Assembly (NCBI GenBank): GCA_030265395.1
Contig: JARFYF010000059.1
Span: 21,829,398 to 21,892,983, forward strand
DNA from: Rhina ancylostomus
Lineage: Eukaryota
Direction of reading: 5' to 3'
Length of the DNA stretch: 63,586 nt
The translations under genes and the position numbers were made by a program. Of this stretch, positions 10,764-23,440 are shown piece after piece. The number at the start of each line of letters is the position of its first letter. Position 1 is the stretch's first letter. The notes under the pieces are model-generated. The model saw nothing but the letters and a program-made list of their open reading frames with translations. It searched no databases and was not told the origin of the DNA.

Positions 10764-13599
10764 GTGAGTCAGTCTCAGGAACACTAATTTCCCCCTCTCT
10801 GCCCACAACACACAGAATTTGAGGTCAGGAGTGAATCCTTATGCTCTTCACTGACCATCAAAAGTGGCTCCACTTAGCATGTGTAATTTCCCCAATGCAA
10901 AATGGAGATTTGGATCTTGCTCCATTCATTGTGCAAGGCCTGTGCAACAGGGTTACCCATGCTGTAAAACTGTCTTATATATCGGACCACAATAAGCCAC
11001 GTCCACAAAAAGTCAGTTTGGCCAACTTGTATTGGCACCAAGAGGAATCAAGAAAAAGGAGCAGCAATTGGGAGTGTAAACAGCCCTTTTAAAAGCATGC
11101 AAAATTAAATGGCTTTGTTCCCCATTTTTAGTGCACTCGTTAAAAATTATTGGCTGAGAANNNNNNNNNNNNNNNNNNNNNNNNNNNNNNNNNNNNNNNN
11201 NNNNNNNNNNNNNNNNNNNNNNNNNNNNNNNNNNNNNNNNNNNNNNNNNNNNNNNNNNNNTTAAATGTCTTTGTTCCCCATTTTTAGTGCACTAGTTAAA
11301 AATTATTGGCTGAGAAATACTTGAAAATCAGAGCCAGAGGAAAAAACATTGGAATGTTGAAAAATTGCCTTTAACACACCACCAAGAAACATTGTGCTTG
11401 TTGTATGTTCTTTTTGTGCAAGATTTTCTTGTTCTTGAACACTCTTTCCCTGACACCAGATTTGGCTAAATTACACCAAGAGTTGTGCAAAACCTAAAAG
11501 ATGTCATCAGTGAGATTTTCAGCCACATTGGTCTGAATGACAATAGACAGTTTACTCACAGATGAACCAGCTGATTCAAATGCTGAAGCTCAAAAGTGAA
11601 TTTTATAAAAAGGTCCAATCACTCCAAACCTGCATTAACATCAGGCTGCTGCATACCCACTCTACCCACTCACAGCTTACTCTGCTCACTACTCACACTG
11701 AGGACCGACCCTTCCTTGTTTCTTGAAGCATTTTGATGTAACCAATTGTGACCTATGATTCAGACCTGGACATGCAAAGGATGTCCCTCAGGCATCAGCT
11801 CACCTACCAGAACTAAGTCACCCTCACTCTCAGCTTTCTAGATGCAGGATCATTCCAGCCCATAGCAGCTGATCTCTTCCATTCTCACAGTTTGCTGGTT
11901 ACTGCTGCACTAGATATCTAACTCCAGAAGCTTCATCTACAGTTCCTTCACCACCCAACCCCCCCCCCCCACCCGACCCTGCTGCCACTGTGGGCACAGG
12001 CCTTGGGCTGCAGAGTGGAACAGAGCCAAACAAATTACGAAGATAAGATTTACCTGCTTTATCTGCTCTAGTAGTATGTAATGTGGGGTGCTCAGTACCC
12101 TAGATTTTGGCAGGTCAACTCAGCCAGACTTTGATCATGGTTGCAATCTAATGCTCCTTTTGGAAAAAAAATTGTGTGCATATTAGCTGCTAAGCTATGA
12201 TAACTTCATGACTTCTATAATTTAAATCAACATACCTATTAGTTAACATGTGTCTTAGGTTGCTGTAATTGAGAGACCTGAGTTTTCTGCTTTAGAATTT
12301 ATTTACCAATGGCAACTGAACATGAATCTCAGCCCTTTCCAAACATGTAAAATTCAAGGAGGACAAACCATGAGGAATGTAAATACAGACACAAATGGGT
12401 ACTCAGTGCCTTTGGCCTGGATATGACTGTATTTTGGAACTTGAGGACTGGATCATTTGTATTAATTCTTCAGTCTCTCCTCGTATAGTCAACAGCTTCT
12501 AAAGAGGAAAGTAGCAAATAAACAGACATTGGCTAGTACTGCTTTCTTTTGTTATAAAGAATGTGATGGCTTTACTCCACAGTCCCATTTAAACCTACTC
12601 ATGATTATGGTTAAAAAAAACTGTGAAAGATAATTCCACAGTAGATTGCTTTAGTGAGGAGAAGCTTGTTAATTGAGTAGGATTTAGTGTGCATGTCATT
12701 CACTGCTTTATGACCCTTTTTATCTCTATCTTTATATTTCCGCTCAGTTCCTTTAAGGTTTCAATTTAGTTGTTTACACAGCCCAAGAGCTACCCTGGGA
12801 CATAAATTTGGTGTGACCATAACTGCAACAATTAAATTCCTGTTAATAAAACAGCTTGGTCTGTCTCCTCATGGGTTAAACATGTCACCGACCTTTCAGT
12901 TGATGACTACCTCACACTGGTGGAATTGCCAATCAGTCTGTGTACAGGCTCCATCCCGATGGAGACTTTCCTTTTTACCCAGAGATAACTAATTAAATCA
13001 GCTGCCACCAGGAGCTTGAGAGCTGTGGGGGTCAAGGGTCAGTCTGGACAGCCGACACAAGGAGACAACTCTCCAAACTATGTGTCTGAAGAGACCAGTG
13101 GGAGAGTAATAGGAAACAAGCGAGTTGATGATATTGTTATATAGTATGACAAACCAACATGTCTTTATTACATTGGGAGGAGGGTAGCAGTGGAGTGTAG
13201 TGAGCTGACATTATTAATTATTGGGATTTATTCCAGAATGTTCCTGAAAGGCACATCGTAGGAATCCCAACTCAGCATGGTAGATTATAACACTCTGATA
13301 AGCTTCATTTGCTTTTAAACAATATTTTATCCAGCTGTTGCCCAGGGATTTTGATTTGCTCTGCAAAGGAAATGCATGAAATGAACAAACCTGCTCAATC
13401 AGTCANNNNNNNNNNATCTAACATGGAGGAGCTCCAAGAAACTTGTACTCCTGACAGCAAAGTCCCTCAAATTTCAGCCTTGTTAATCTCCCCTTTCCCA
13501 CCACACCACAATCTTCCTCCACCACCTCTCTGTAGTTTCATTGGACAGATGGTAATCTTTGTTTAGGCTATATTCTAGGCAGTGAGAGCTGGCAGGCTA

Positions 13600-13830
13600 T
13601 TCTACTTTGAGAAGAGGATTGCATCGAAACCCATTTTCAACAGCTTGTGGTACCTAAGCATGCTCACTCTAACGGTAATTTAACAACGTTGAGAAGTGGG
13701 AACCCTGACCTGATTTATTTTTATTGCCTCTAATTGGCTCAGGGACAATTAAACTAATTGTACTGCCACCCTGACTGACAGCAATTAACTCAGTTTGAAC
13801 CATGCGTTCAACGTAAGACCTGTCTAGCCT
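13600..13830 (-). mobile_element. LF-SINE-like relic
   Basis: gggaaccctgacctgattt...aactaattgtactgccaccc...aactcag resembles the reverse complement of copies at 20780 and 26330. Confidence 0.4.
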
Positions 13831-14744
13831 GGTAGTAAGATTTATAAGGATCCACAGTAATTAAACAATGCTTCATAGACAATGAAGCAAAGCAGAGTGC
13901 TGCTTTAAACTGAGGGGGATAAAGGACAATAAAGAAATAAAATGGTAAAATGACAAAATAAGTCCCTTGATGACTCTTGAAGTAAACAGAATGGGATAAA
14001 CCTCAAAGAAATGTAAATGGCTCCAGAGTAGTGGGACTTTCCCTCTTCATTGTCAACAGAAAGGGATTAACTCCTCATCAGTGAGGGTCAATTTCACTAT
14101 GAAGCATAGGGGTGGGGTCAAGGTCAGATGGGCCCCTCATCCTGGGAAAGCCATCCATAGATTAGAGATGTGGTTGAGTATTATTGTAAAGAAAAGTGAA
14201 AGCAAACATAAGATGCAACATGACTTAACCACAAAGTGTTACTGAAGAAATCAAGAAAAAGAAATAATAAAGCCTAGGGTATAATTTCCTTCAATCAGTT
14301 TGAGAGCACACTGCAATTACGGAAGTCTGCACAAAGTTGCTCCCCTTCAGGGATGGGGGAAGGGTTCCTATGGTCATACTGGGTGGTGTAGTCAGTTCCA
14401 CCCTTCAGCTGTTCTGAGTATGATCAGCTAATGCAGTACAAACTGGTAAAGCTGCAAATTCCTGCCTCCAAATCATAAAACAGCAGCAAAAGTTTAATCT
14501 AGGTTCATTACAAGTTACTGTACAGGATCTGCAAAACCCATTTCTGTTTTATCAAAACTTGAAACAACATAAAATTTTCTCCCCCTGTTTATGTGAGCTG
14601 TGCCGGTTCTGTTTGAAGTATATTTGCTTTTCTACTGATTGTTTTATCATGCTCTGTAGAAGAACTTGTCAATTTGTCTTCTCTCCCAATCAGTGGCCTC
14701 ACTGACAATGTTAGATTTAAGGCTCTGATGTCCTCTGGGTCCTC

Positions 14745-14985
14745 ATTCAGGTGGCAATGCTTCACATATGAAACTGGACAATATTAGCCAGCTACTCATC
14801 TTTGAAGGGAATCAGGGCCAATGCTAATGTTCACACTCAGACATTGTTCATTAGAAACCAATGGTTCCCAATCAGAAATGGAAACCCTTAACTGGTTGTT
14901 TCAATCTTATTTTTAATGGTCGTTGGTGGTTGATGTAAAGTTGTAGTGGTCAATCATCTATTCTGGCTGGGGTCAGCTTACTCCA
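14745..14985 (-). mobile_element. LF-SINE-like relic
   Basis: cttcacatatgaaactggaca...gccagctactc is a reverse-complement match to the core at 26540-26585. Confidence 0.4.
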
Positions 14986-15519
14986 GAAATCGTTGCTTTC
15001 CTATGGCTGGAGACACAAATATGTTTTTAAGTCTGTGATGGTGTTTCTTGGAGAATTTTGCGATGCTAGCAACTAAATCTACTTGAGGAGTTCAGAATTT
15101 GACACACAGAAAGTAATTATTCAGTATAATGCACTTGTGACAAGTCTTTGCAAGAGCTTAGTCTTATTCCTCTATCACTTTGCTACAGACTTCACCTTTT
15201 TCTCTTTTACAAAAATAATCTACTTTCCTTTGTAAAGCATTATGAATTCTGCTTCCATTACATTTTTCTCAAGAACTTTCCTCTCTCAATTTATGAAAAG
15301 AAAGAGATATCTTTTCATTCTTCTTTCATGATTCTTTTCCTTGAAAGACAATGAACAGTGTAAATCAATTCTGCTGATTTATTTTATTGAAGTTTTGGGC
15401 ACTTGTACCGATTTCCCTCTTAACCTTCTTTGTGAAAAACATCACAACCTTTCTAGCCTGCCACACTTAATCTTCACGTCACATTTCTTTATTCACGTAT
15501 CTTTCACGTAGACATGTCA

Positions 15520-15802
15520 CGTATCTTTATTTGTCACATGTACATCAAAACACACAGTGAAATGCATCTCTTGCATAGCATTCTGGAGGCAGCCTGCAAG
15601 GGTCGCCATGTGCCTGGCGCTGGCATAGCAATGCCCACGACTTCCTAACCTGTACATCTTTGGAATGTGGGAGGAAACCGGAGCACCCAGAGGAAACCCA
15701 TGCAGGCACGGGGAGAACGTACAAACTCCTTACAGACAGTGGCCGGAATTGAACCCAGGTCGCTGGCGCTGTAAAGCATTATGCTAACCACTACACTACC
15801 GT
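15520..15802 (-). mobile_element. tRNA-derived SINE (HE1/V-SINE-like), relatively young
   Basis: Minus-strand A-box-like ggtagtgtagtggttagc and B-box gggttcaattcc. Core gggtttcctctgggtgctccggtttcctcccacattccaaag. Tail ...gatgtacatgtgacaaataaag. Confidence 0.9.
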
Positions 15803-16706
15803 TTCTGGTGATGTAAAGATTTTTCTAGGGATTTCTTAACAAAAGCTGAAAGCAATTTCTAAAAGATTCGTGAAGATCTGCATTTTGAAATTTAATGCAG
15901 AACATAAATGAAATAAATCCTTTTAATTGCAGTGTGCATCGCATTTGGGGAAAAGTCCTGAATAGCAACAATGTTTTCCCGATGAGTTACGTAAATTTGA
16001 AATCATAAGGTCATAAAGAAATTCAAATCTGTGAAAACTTTACCAAGCTTGCACCCATTTTGCATGTATTTTTTTTTGCCTGCTACACAGATTTGAAACT
16101 GGCTCAAGAAATACAGACCCAAAAGCAGATTGGTACCAGGGTCTATGGTCTATCAAGGCCCCAAAAGCAGCTGCTTTGAATGTCAGNNNNNNNNNNNNNN
16201 NNNNNNNNNNNNNNNNNNNNNNNNNNNNNNNNNNNNNNNNNNNNNNNNNNNNNNNNNNNNNNNNNNNNNNNNNNNNNNNNNNNNNNNNNNNNNNNNNNNN
16301 NNNNNNNNNNNNNNNNNNNNNNNNNNNNNNNNNNNNNNNNNNNNNNNNNNNNNNNNNNNNNNNNNNNNNNNNNNNNNNNNNNNNNNNNNNNNNNNNNNNN
16401 NNNNNNNNNNNNNNNNNNNNNNNNNNNNNNNNNNNNNNNNNNNNNNNNNNNNNNNNNNNNNNNNNNNNNNNNNNNNNNNNNNNNNNNNNNNNNNNNNNNN
16501 NNNNNNNNNNNNNNNNNNNNNNNNNNNNNNNNNNNNNNNNNNNNNNNNNNNNNNNNNNNNNNNNNNNNNNNNNNNNNNNNNNNNNNNNNNNNNNNNNNNN
16601 NNNNNNNNNNNNNNNNNNNNNNNNNNNNNNNNNNNNNNNNNNNNNNNNNNNNNNNNNNNNNNNNNNNNNNNNNNNNNNNNNNNNNNNNNNNNNNNNNNNN
16701 NNNNNA

Positions 16707-17085
16707 AAATCATCACTCCTTGCATCAAAATCTGCTTTTAATACACATATATAATTTGTTCTTAAATCATTTGTTGTCTTTAAATGCTACCTTAAGTTTT
16801 ACTTTCCCACCTTCTGAATACCCTCTGACTTAAGTCCCTCCCAAGTCAGTTCTTCTGGCTTCATCCTTTTGTGCCTTCTCTTCCCTTTATCCCAACAATG
16901 AATACATTTCAAACTATGTTTGTCCCTTTCTCAGGAACTCTCTCCTGGAGCCACACGGCTCTTTACACATTCCCCACCTCTTTGACGAGCCTTCTTAAAA
17001 CCACTCCTTGGACCAAATTCTTACTCATTTCTCTTCCTGCGCCTCAATCATGTTTTTCCAAAACCCCTTTAGGAGTGTCCTTTGT
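16707..17085 (+). mobile_element. L2-type LINE 3' relic
   Basis: Pyrimidine-rich stretch ending cttcttaaaaccactccttggaccaa (LLKTxLF-like end). Similar to 20230-20505. Confidence 0.45.
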
Positions 17086-17278
17086 TTTAGTAATAGAGTG
17101 AAATGCTTAACTTTGGGAGTAAGCAAAACTGGATAAAACACAGAAGAAATAAATACAAGAATTGAATAAAGTGCAGAGAAGCCTTCAGTGCAGCCGTGTC
17201 AATATTTAAGGTGGAAACAGGACAAAATGGCAGCTCAAGCGCAGATAGGATATACTCAGTTCATACTTGTTTGAATGA

Positions 17279-17982
17279 TTTATGCAGAGGAAGGGTACCA
17301 AGTATACATTCATTCTTTTATGGCATCCAATCTGTAACAGTTCAGCCAAAAGGTCTGAACACACCTTCGCGGAAGTTTTTGAAGAGACAAGTTTTCCAAA
17401 GTTGTTTGAGCTGAACCATTAATCATCATTTAGCTAATTTCCTATTCATGTATTGTACAATGCCACAATCCACCACAGGGTTCACTCCAGCAGAGCTGTT
17501 GATGCATTGCAGATTTCAAATGTGCTTGAGTTTGCTGCAGCCCCAACTGTAGGAGAGAGTGGGGGAACTGCAGTTGAAATGAAAGAAAAACATGATTCAC
17601 ATCCCAAGTTATTGCAAAGAGACAACGTAAAGCAGTCCTACCAACAAGANNNNNNNNNNAAGAAAAAGTGAAAGTACTAGGATGGAAAGGTACAACCCAC
17701 AGAAATGGAATATTAGTGAGACAGTAAAAGTCTGCAATATCCTGTTCCAATTGGAGGAAAAGTCAGATGTGTGCGCATTAGCCAACTGACTGCAGAGAGA
17801 GATATGCCAGAACATACTGGAGAAATATGTGATGACAATTGTTTCCAGAAGGGGATAGAGAATCTACCAGTGAAGAGGAGACACTGGTCAACAGTGAGTT
17901 GAGTCACACATTCTCTATGATGCTGAAGACCCAAATACAGCTAAAAAGGTCTGAGTGCCTGAGAAAGCCAGACTGAACCTGT
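17279..17982 (+). mobile_element. Ty3/Gypsy LTR retrotransposon integrase relic (pseudogene)
   Basis: FMQRKGTKY...WHPICNSSAKRSEHTF (cf. YHPxSNGxAERxVQTFK), LANFLFMYCTMPQSTTGFTPAELLMHCRFQMCLSLLQP (cf. YRxTPHxTTGxSPAELL), and terminal KRSECLRKPD. Confidence 0.85.
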
Positions 17983-18012
17983 AATTGCTATACATATATA
18001 AAGCACTCTTTT

Positions 18013-18308
18013 AAAGAAGGAAAGTGGTGTGCTATATTTATATGCAAATACAACATGGAACCTATAGCAGAAGAGCACAGGGTAAAGCCCTACGACCCAT
18101 GGTGTCTCTACTGACCATGATGCCTATTTAAACTAATCTCAAATGTACAAATAGCTCATGTGCTCATGTGATGTAATAATGTAATTGTATGTATGGAGCA
18201 AGCATGCATAGTAATTGTTTTTGGATTTCAATTAAGGGCTAACACATGTTCCGAAGCTCCAGATGTCTTCTAGCGTTTATCTTAAACAATACTCAATTAT
18301 TTACAACA
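18013..18308 (+). mobile_element. Polypurine tract plus putative 3' LTR of the Gypsy relic
   Basis: aaagaaggaaag at 18013, TGT at 18028, end ...tacaaca at 18308. Directly follows the integrase relic and appears to contain a short CR1-tail-like insert. Confidence 0.5.
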
Positions 18309-20069
18309 ATAACTACAGACACTCCCCCACACCCCCACCCACCACAATACACTATAGAATGGGACTTAAACTCATGGCCTTCAGAGTCATGAGTGCTCTA
18401 GACTGAGCCAAGCCTTTGACAAGGAAGGGTGGCCACCAAGTTTTCAGCGTGAAATTCTTTGCAGGCAGGGGCTAGATTAGGGATGAAGCAGGCGCTTTCA
18501 CCTAATTTTTCTGGAATATTTCTCTACCTGTTATGGCACTACAACGTTGAGCTGTACAGCTTTGGCTGCACTACATGTGAAGAAAAAAAACTTCATAACC
18601 CTGCTGTACTCCTGGAAATGGTGTTCTGACATTACTTTCCCTCCCCTATTAAGATATTACACCTCCATATGGTCCCCACCACTACCACCCCTTTACTAAC
18701 TGATCTAGATTTTATCTGTTCATGCTTAATGTATTACATGGAAGAGTATGTGCCATAGAATACAAACACAGAATTTGTACAAAGGTACAAATACCAATTC
18801 TTTGAAAAAATATTTTTCACTCTCTTCATTGTGGTTGGGTGTTGGAATATTGGCTTCCCTGACGAACAGTGAAGATAACAAAATCCTTGCTAAGATGAGT
18901 TTGGATGGTTGTGATCTGTCTCTGCAATTCTTCTCACGGTTTTTCAAGAACCTTGAGTGTCAGATTAAATGCCTTGTTATGTGGCATTACCTTGGTTAAG
19001 ATTATGTAATGAAATACTGGAGATTTCAAGCCAGTTTGAAATTCAGATTTGCACCAATCTCTTTTTTAACTTGCATGGTGAAGAAACAGGGCTGAGTCAG
19101 GAATGGAGGTGCCTGCCCTCTTACTGCACATATATCTTTAGCCTCCGCTTACAATTTCAAACTGGAGAAGAAATACAAGCAGTCTTTCCTTGTGTGGTCT
19201 CAACTCATTTAGCGGAGGCCAGAATTCCAGTTCCGGTTGAAGTAAAAGCCAGGTTTTGTTCTGTATTAGGTTGGGTCAAAGGAATGCAGAATTCTGACTC
19301 CATCCCTTGAGATATCATTGAACTGTGCTCATTCTTCAGAGGAGAACCTGTTTGCTTTATAATCCCTTTATTATTCCTGACCATCTATCTACCACCAACT
19401 TCTGCAGTTTGTTCTTATTTTCTCTCTCCTCTGCTGTAGTCAGTCATGTGCTATTACAAGGGGAAACAAGATAAGAAAGGTTTTGCTTGGTGGGGAGGAG
19501 AATGCAGCGGGGGGCCCTAGTGGCCTGGAGTGAATTAGGTCAGCTACTGTTTTACTCCAGTCTGTGATTGATAGGAAGCCTGTCCCTTGGGCTGAAAGAG
19601 AACTCTTATACTTCCTCTGTCATTTATCAGCCTGAAGGAGTCATCCTCAGTCATCTGGATGGGCTGTGTCCTTGCTGGCTGAATTGCTTCATCTTTGCTT
19701 CTATTCTGTGTATGCCAGTAAGCTGGAGGAAGGACTGCTGTCCACTGCAGAATCTTCTCCATTTTTGTTCCACTGATTTTGAAATGACGGATTCAAGATT
19801 GTCAAAGGGCAAAGTTACCTGAACAATCTTGGATAAACAATTGAGACTAGGAAAATGAGGTGCCAGTGAGAAGCGAGCAATGCATAGGATTAGCTTTGGG
19901 TAGATCTAACAATGACCACATGGGCTGAATGGCAAAACCACTATCCTATGCTCTTCAAACTATTGGATCTCTTAACTACCTCACACAACTTATTATAATA
20001 GTGTACAGTTACCATGATAATAGACAAGAGCATCATTCAGAAAAGTGAAGGGCAAGCTCCTCTGTTTTT

Positions 20070-20215
20070 AAGTAGGGGAAGGAATGTTCATCAGGGCACT
20101 GGAAGAACCCATCCTCTATCTTTGAACCTCAGCATTCTGTTGAACAGATGGATGTAGCCTCAATTTAATCTCTCATGTGAAGGACAATAGTTGGTAGTTT
20201 CTACTGGAGTCATGT
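20070..20215 (-). mobile_element. Deu-domain SINE relic
   Basis: cagggcactggaagaac...gcctcaatttaatctctcatgtgaaggaca matches the pattern at 32640-32700. Confidence 0.45.
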
Positions 20216-20229
20216 TGTTTGATGAAGAT

Positions 20230-20505
20230 CCCCAAAACTCTGCTGCTTATTTTGTAACCTGCACAAAATCCCAGTAACTCAGTTCTTTTGGATCCTTACA
20301 GCCTCAATGTTAAACCCTTACCCTCATGTCTAAGTAGCTCAAAGATTTCATACTTTCTTTCTATCATTGTCCAACACTATATTCCTTTGAGGTTTCTGCA
20401 ACTTCTCAGTTCTAGCCTCTTTTGTATCCCCAATATCCTTCCCTTCAGCACTGGCTGTTGTGCTTTGAGCTGGCTTGAGAATTCTCTTCCCAAATGTCTC
20501 CTTTA
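20230..20505 (+). mobile_element. L2-type LINE 3' relic
   Basis: caaaactctgctgct (QNSAA-like)...ctgcacaaaatccc...gaattctcttccc (NSLP), typical L2 ORF2 C-terminal motifs. Confidence 0.55.
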
Positions 20506-20779
20506 AGTGATAAGATGCAAAGACTATGTCTAAGATTCAAATTTTACTGAAAAAGCTACCTGACACAAACAATAACCTCAGCAACAAAGCTTCAAGGCCT
20601 TAAGGTCAAACTTTATCAAAATTTCATTTCAAAACCTGAACATGAACCTTATTGCGGAAATCCATAAAATGTCTGTAAATTTTGCCTGAGAATCTTGGTG
20701 AATCATTAACCTAATAAAGTAATGTGTATTATTTGTGTCCCAAGATTCAATGGGGGAATGTTATGCTTTATTGCCAATA

Positions 20780-21070
20780 AGGTCATTCAGTTCAAATACT
20801 GGCCAAGGGTTTGCAGATCTCAGCTGTGGCGGTAGTAAAGCTGTTGCAGTTAGCTTCAATGCCTCCACATCAGGAAGGGGAAAGACTAGACAAAATTCCT
20901 GCTGCTGATCTCTACATAGGACTCAGCGAGGATGTATGTGTACATCAGACAGTCAGACAAGAATGAGGTCAGACTCTGCTGTAATGCTTCTCATAATCAA
21001 ACAGCTTGCTGAGGCTTACTGAGTACAATATAAAGGTCAAGTGGATGCCTATTAAATCCTACCATGTTGT
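20780..21070 (+). mobile_element. LF-SINE-like relic
   Basis: gttcaaat B-box-like motif, gatctcagctg, aaattcctgctgctgatc, and gtcagactctgctgtaatgct...aaacagcttgctga. Confidence 0.55.
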
Positions 21071-21589
21071 AAGTTGTAAAGACAAAAAACAGATTGATAT
21101 CCATCTGAAAATCTCTTTGGTCAAATAGATAAATAATTATGGTAATAAGTGATTTTTTTTTATTATTTATAATCTATCCACTGTAAAAGGTGCATCTATG
21201 CATTAGAACATTAATCTCTCTTTATAGTAAAAAGATTAATGTACTATGTTCCTCCAACAGCTTTGTAAGTATAAAGGACATTTCGGTAACAGATCTGTAT
21301 CTTATCCTTAGAGTAGCGAGCACTTACGAGAGCAGAAAAAACTGTTTTCATCACTGAAGTGCAAATTCCTATCCCCTTCCCATGCTGCATCTCCCCACCA
21401 TAACTTTCTATCCTTTCCTTTTAAAAATACTCAGTCGTTATTGAGGGGCAGTTTTCTCAATGGGTATGAGCTGCCCTAGTATTTTGCGCAAATGAACATT
21501 CTTTGTGATTAAGCCTAGGTCAGAAGCATTGGCAATTTATAAAGGGTAACTGAAAATACTATATTGGCAAACATCACTGTTAATTTATA

Positions 21590-21750
21590 CACAGTAGATC
21601 CCACATACAGCCATTAAATTAACAAAATTATGTTTTGCTTAATTATTGTTGGTCACAGCATCAAGAGAACTGCCTTTAATGGGTCAATTATTCAAAGGTA
21701 GTGTCACAGGATGTTTTATGTCCATTTGGGCAAGCAACTGGAACCTCCAC
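21590..21750 (-). mobile_element. Deu-domain SINE relic
   Basis: acacagtagatcccaca...gagaactgcc...tagtgtcacaggatgttttatgtcca. Confidence 0.45.
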
Positions 21751-22949
21751 TTGCTGTGATTGACCAGCTCAAGAGTTAAAATGTTACCAAATAAGCCAAG
21801 CCAACTTTCAAACATGTTTCAAACAGCAGCAAAAACTCTATGGAAATTAAAACCCAAAGGGTTTCCAATGGAAATCACTTGCTATCAGAAGCGGGAAAAG
21901 CTGACTGAGTTATTTGGTCCAGGGGTATAGAAGGTGATTACAGTCTTCCCACCCTCACCTCCATCAGAACCAGGATTTGGTCATTCAGCACAGACTGGGA
22001 ATTAATCTAATGCCTCAACCTGCATCACTTTATTATCCATTGTTTAGTCAGCAATTTATCCAAAGTGCAATAGAAGTGTTCTCCAGGTTATAGGTGATGG
22101 AAGAAACAATTGTGATGAATTAAGATCCACACGACTCTCAGGCAATAGTCCTCAAACAGTTCTGTGTTGGAAAGGTGTGGAAAGTGGGGGAAGGGAAGGG
22201 AGAATTCGAAAAAAGATTGATAAGACTAAAGGACATTCTCCCCTCATCCTTGCTATCCACAATGGGTCAATTACCAAAAGGAAATTAGAGTCTAATGGCA
22301 AGAATATTGTGCTAGGGTATAAGGAAATATGATGGCTTTGGCAGCTCCTTGGGACCTGTAAGGAAATCCCAGTTTGAAAGCCTACAGATTATGCATCATT
22401 ACTTAAAACATCCTGTGTAGCTCTACTGCACATTGTAGCATACTGCATTCATCTACTGATGTATTGCAGGCTTCCTAAATCACTTTGAATTTACTTTGTA
22501 ATGATTCATAAAACCATAATTACGCTCTGACGCACATGTAGTGTAAACTGCTCATAACAAGCCGGAGGTATTTCTTTATGGGGCTAATAATGTGCTGCTG
22601 TTCAGACCTGCTCCAGGAAAAATCTGACCGCACCCACTAACTTAAAACCCTAATAAGAATATGTTGTGGATATTCTGGGTGTGTAATTCATGAATGATGG
22701 GTATGCTGGAATGCTGGGAACCATCCGGCATATGATCCATTCAGTACCTGTTCCAAGTAGTTGCTATTCAGTAGGATTGGATTTTGGGGGAATCCGGTTT
22801 CTGAATAGACTCCTACTATTCCACTCATTGACTGGCCACACTATTGGACATTACTAATTTTAGACATAAGGCTTCAAGTCTCTGTACCTTATGAGTTTTA
22901 TATTCTTACAATAATAAGAACTGACCTCTGTCGACCTGATTGGAACAGA

Positions 22950-23040
22950 TTGGCATGGTGGCACAACTACAGCTTCAGTGACCTGGGTTTAATCCTAACC
23001 TCCAATGCTGTATGTAGTTTGCACATTCTTGTCATGGTTC
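22950..23040 (+). mobile_element. tRNA-SINE 5' head fragment
   Basis: ggcatggtggcaca...gacctgggtttaatcctaacctc...gtttgcacattct, the same head as 49520-49815. Confidence 0.6.
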
Positions 23041-23289
23041 TGAGTTCTGGCCCTCAATTTGGCTTCATTAATGTCTTGTTGTCCAGCACATGGATTCCAT
23101 GCTGGNNNNNNNNNNNNNNNNNNNNNNNNNNNNNNNNNNNNNNNNNNNNNNNNNNNNNNNNNNNNNNNNNNNNNNNNNNNNNNNNNNNNNNNNNNNNNNN
23201 NNNNNNNNNNNNNNNNNNNNNNNATGGGTTGAAATGTCCTCCATCTATGTCATATGCAAACTAGGCAGAAGAAGGGAGGCAAGCAAGTA

Positions 23290-23440
23290 GCCAAAGAATC
23301 CTCAGAGTGCATCTTATTCCTGCACCATTTTATTTGTTAGAAAAAGGTGACGTTGGATGTTCCTCTGGAGAATGCAGCCAGAGCTATGTTTATGGCATAG
23401 TGGGTGGCTCAGCTGCATAAGGCGGGAGGAGAAAGAGTCC
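23290..23440 (+). mobile_element. Possible CR1 ORF1 fragment
   Basis: Reads roughly GECSQSYVYGIVGGSAA, resembling the linker before the CR1 ORF1 esterase domain (recalled). Confidence 0.35.

Noticed and set aside
11105-11316. ~55-bp direct repeat on either side of a 100-N gap
   Set aside because: Near-identical copies (two substitutions) abut the gap, typical of unmerged haplotype or contig overlap.
15740-15802. tRNA gene
   Set aside because: The A/B boxes belong to a SINE head that continues into SINE core and tail.
16130-16833. Long ORFs of about 160-280 aa (also 26592-27290 and 57735-58583)
   Set aside because: Their length comes from translated N runs.
18748-19822. Cluster of 70-113 aa ORFs as a host gene
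   Set aside because: No recognisable domain and no convincing splice structure. An unrecognised exon cannot be fully excluded without a search.
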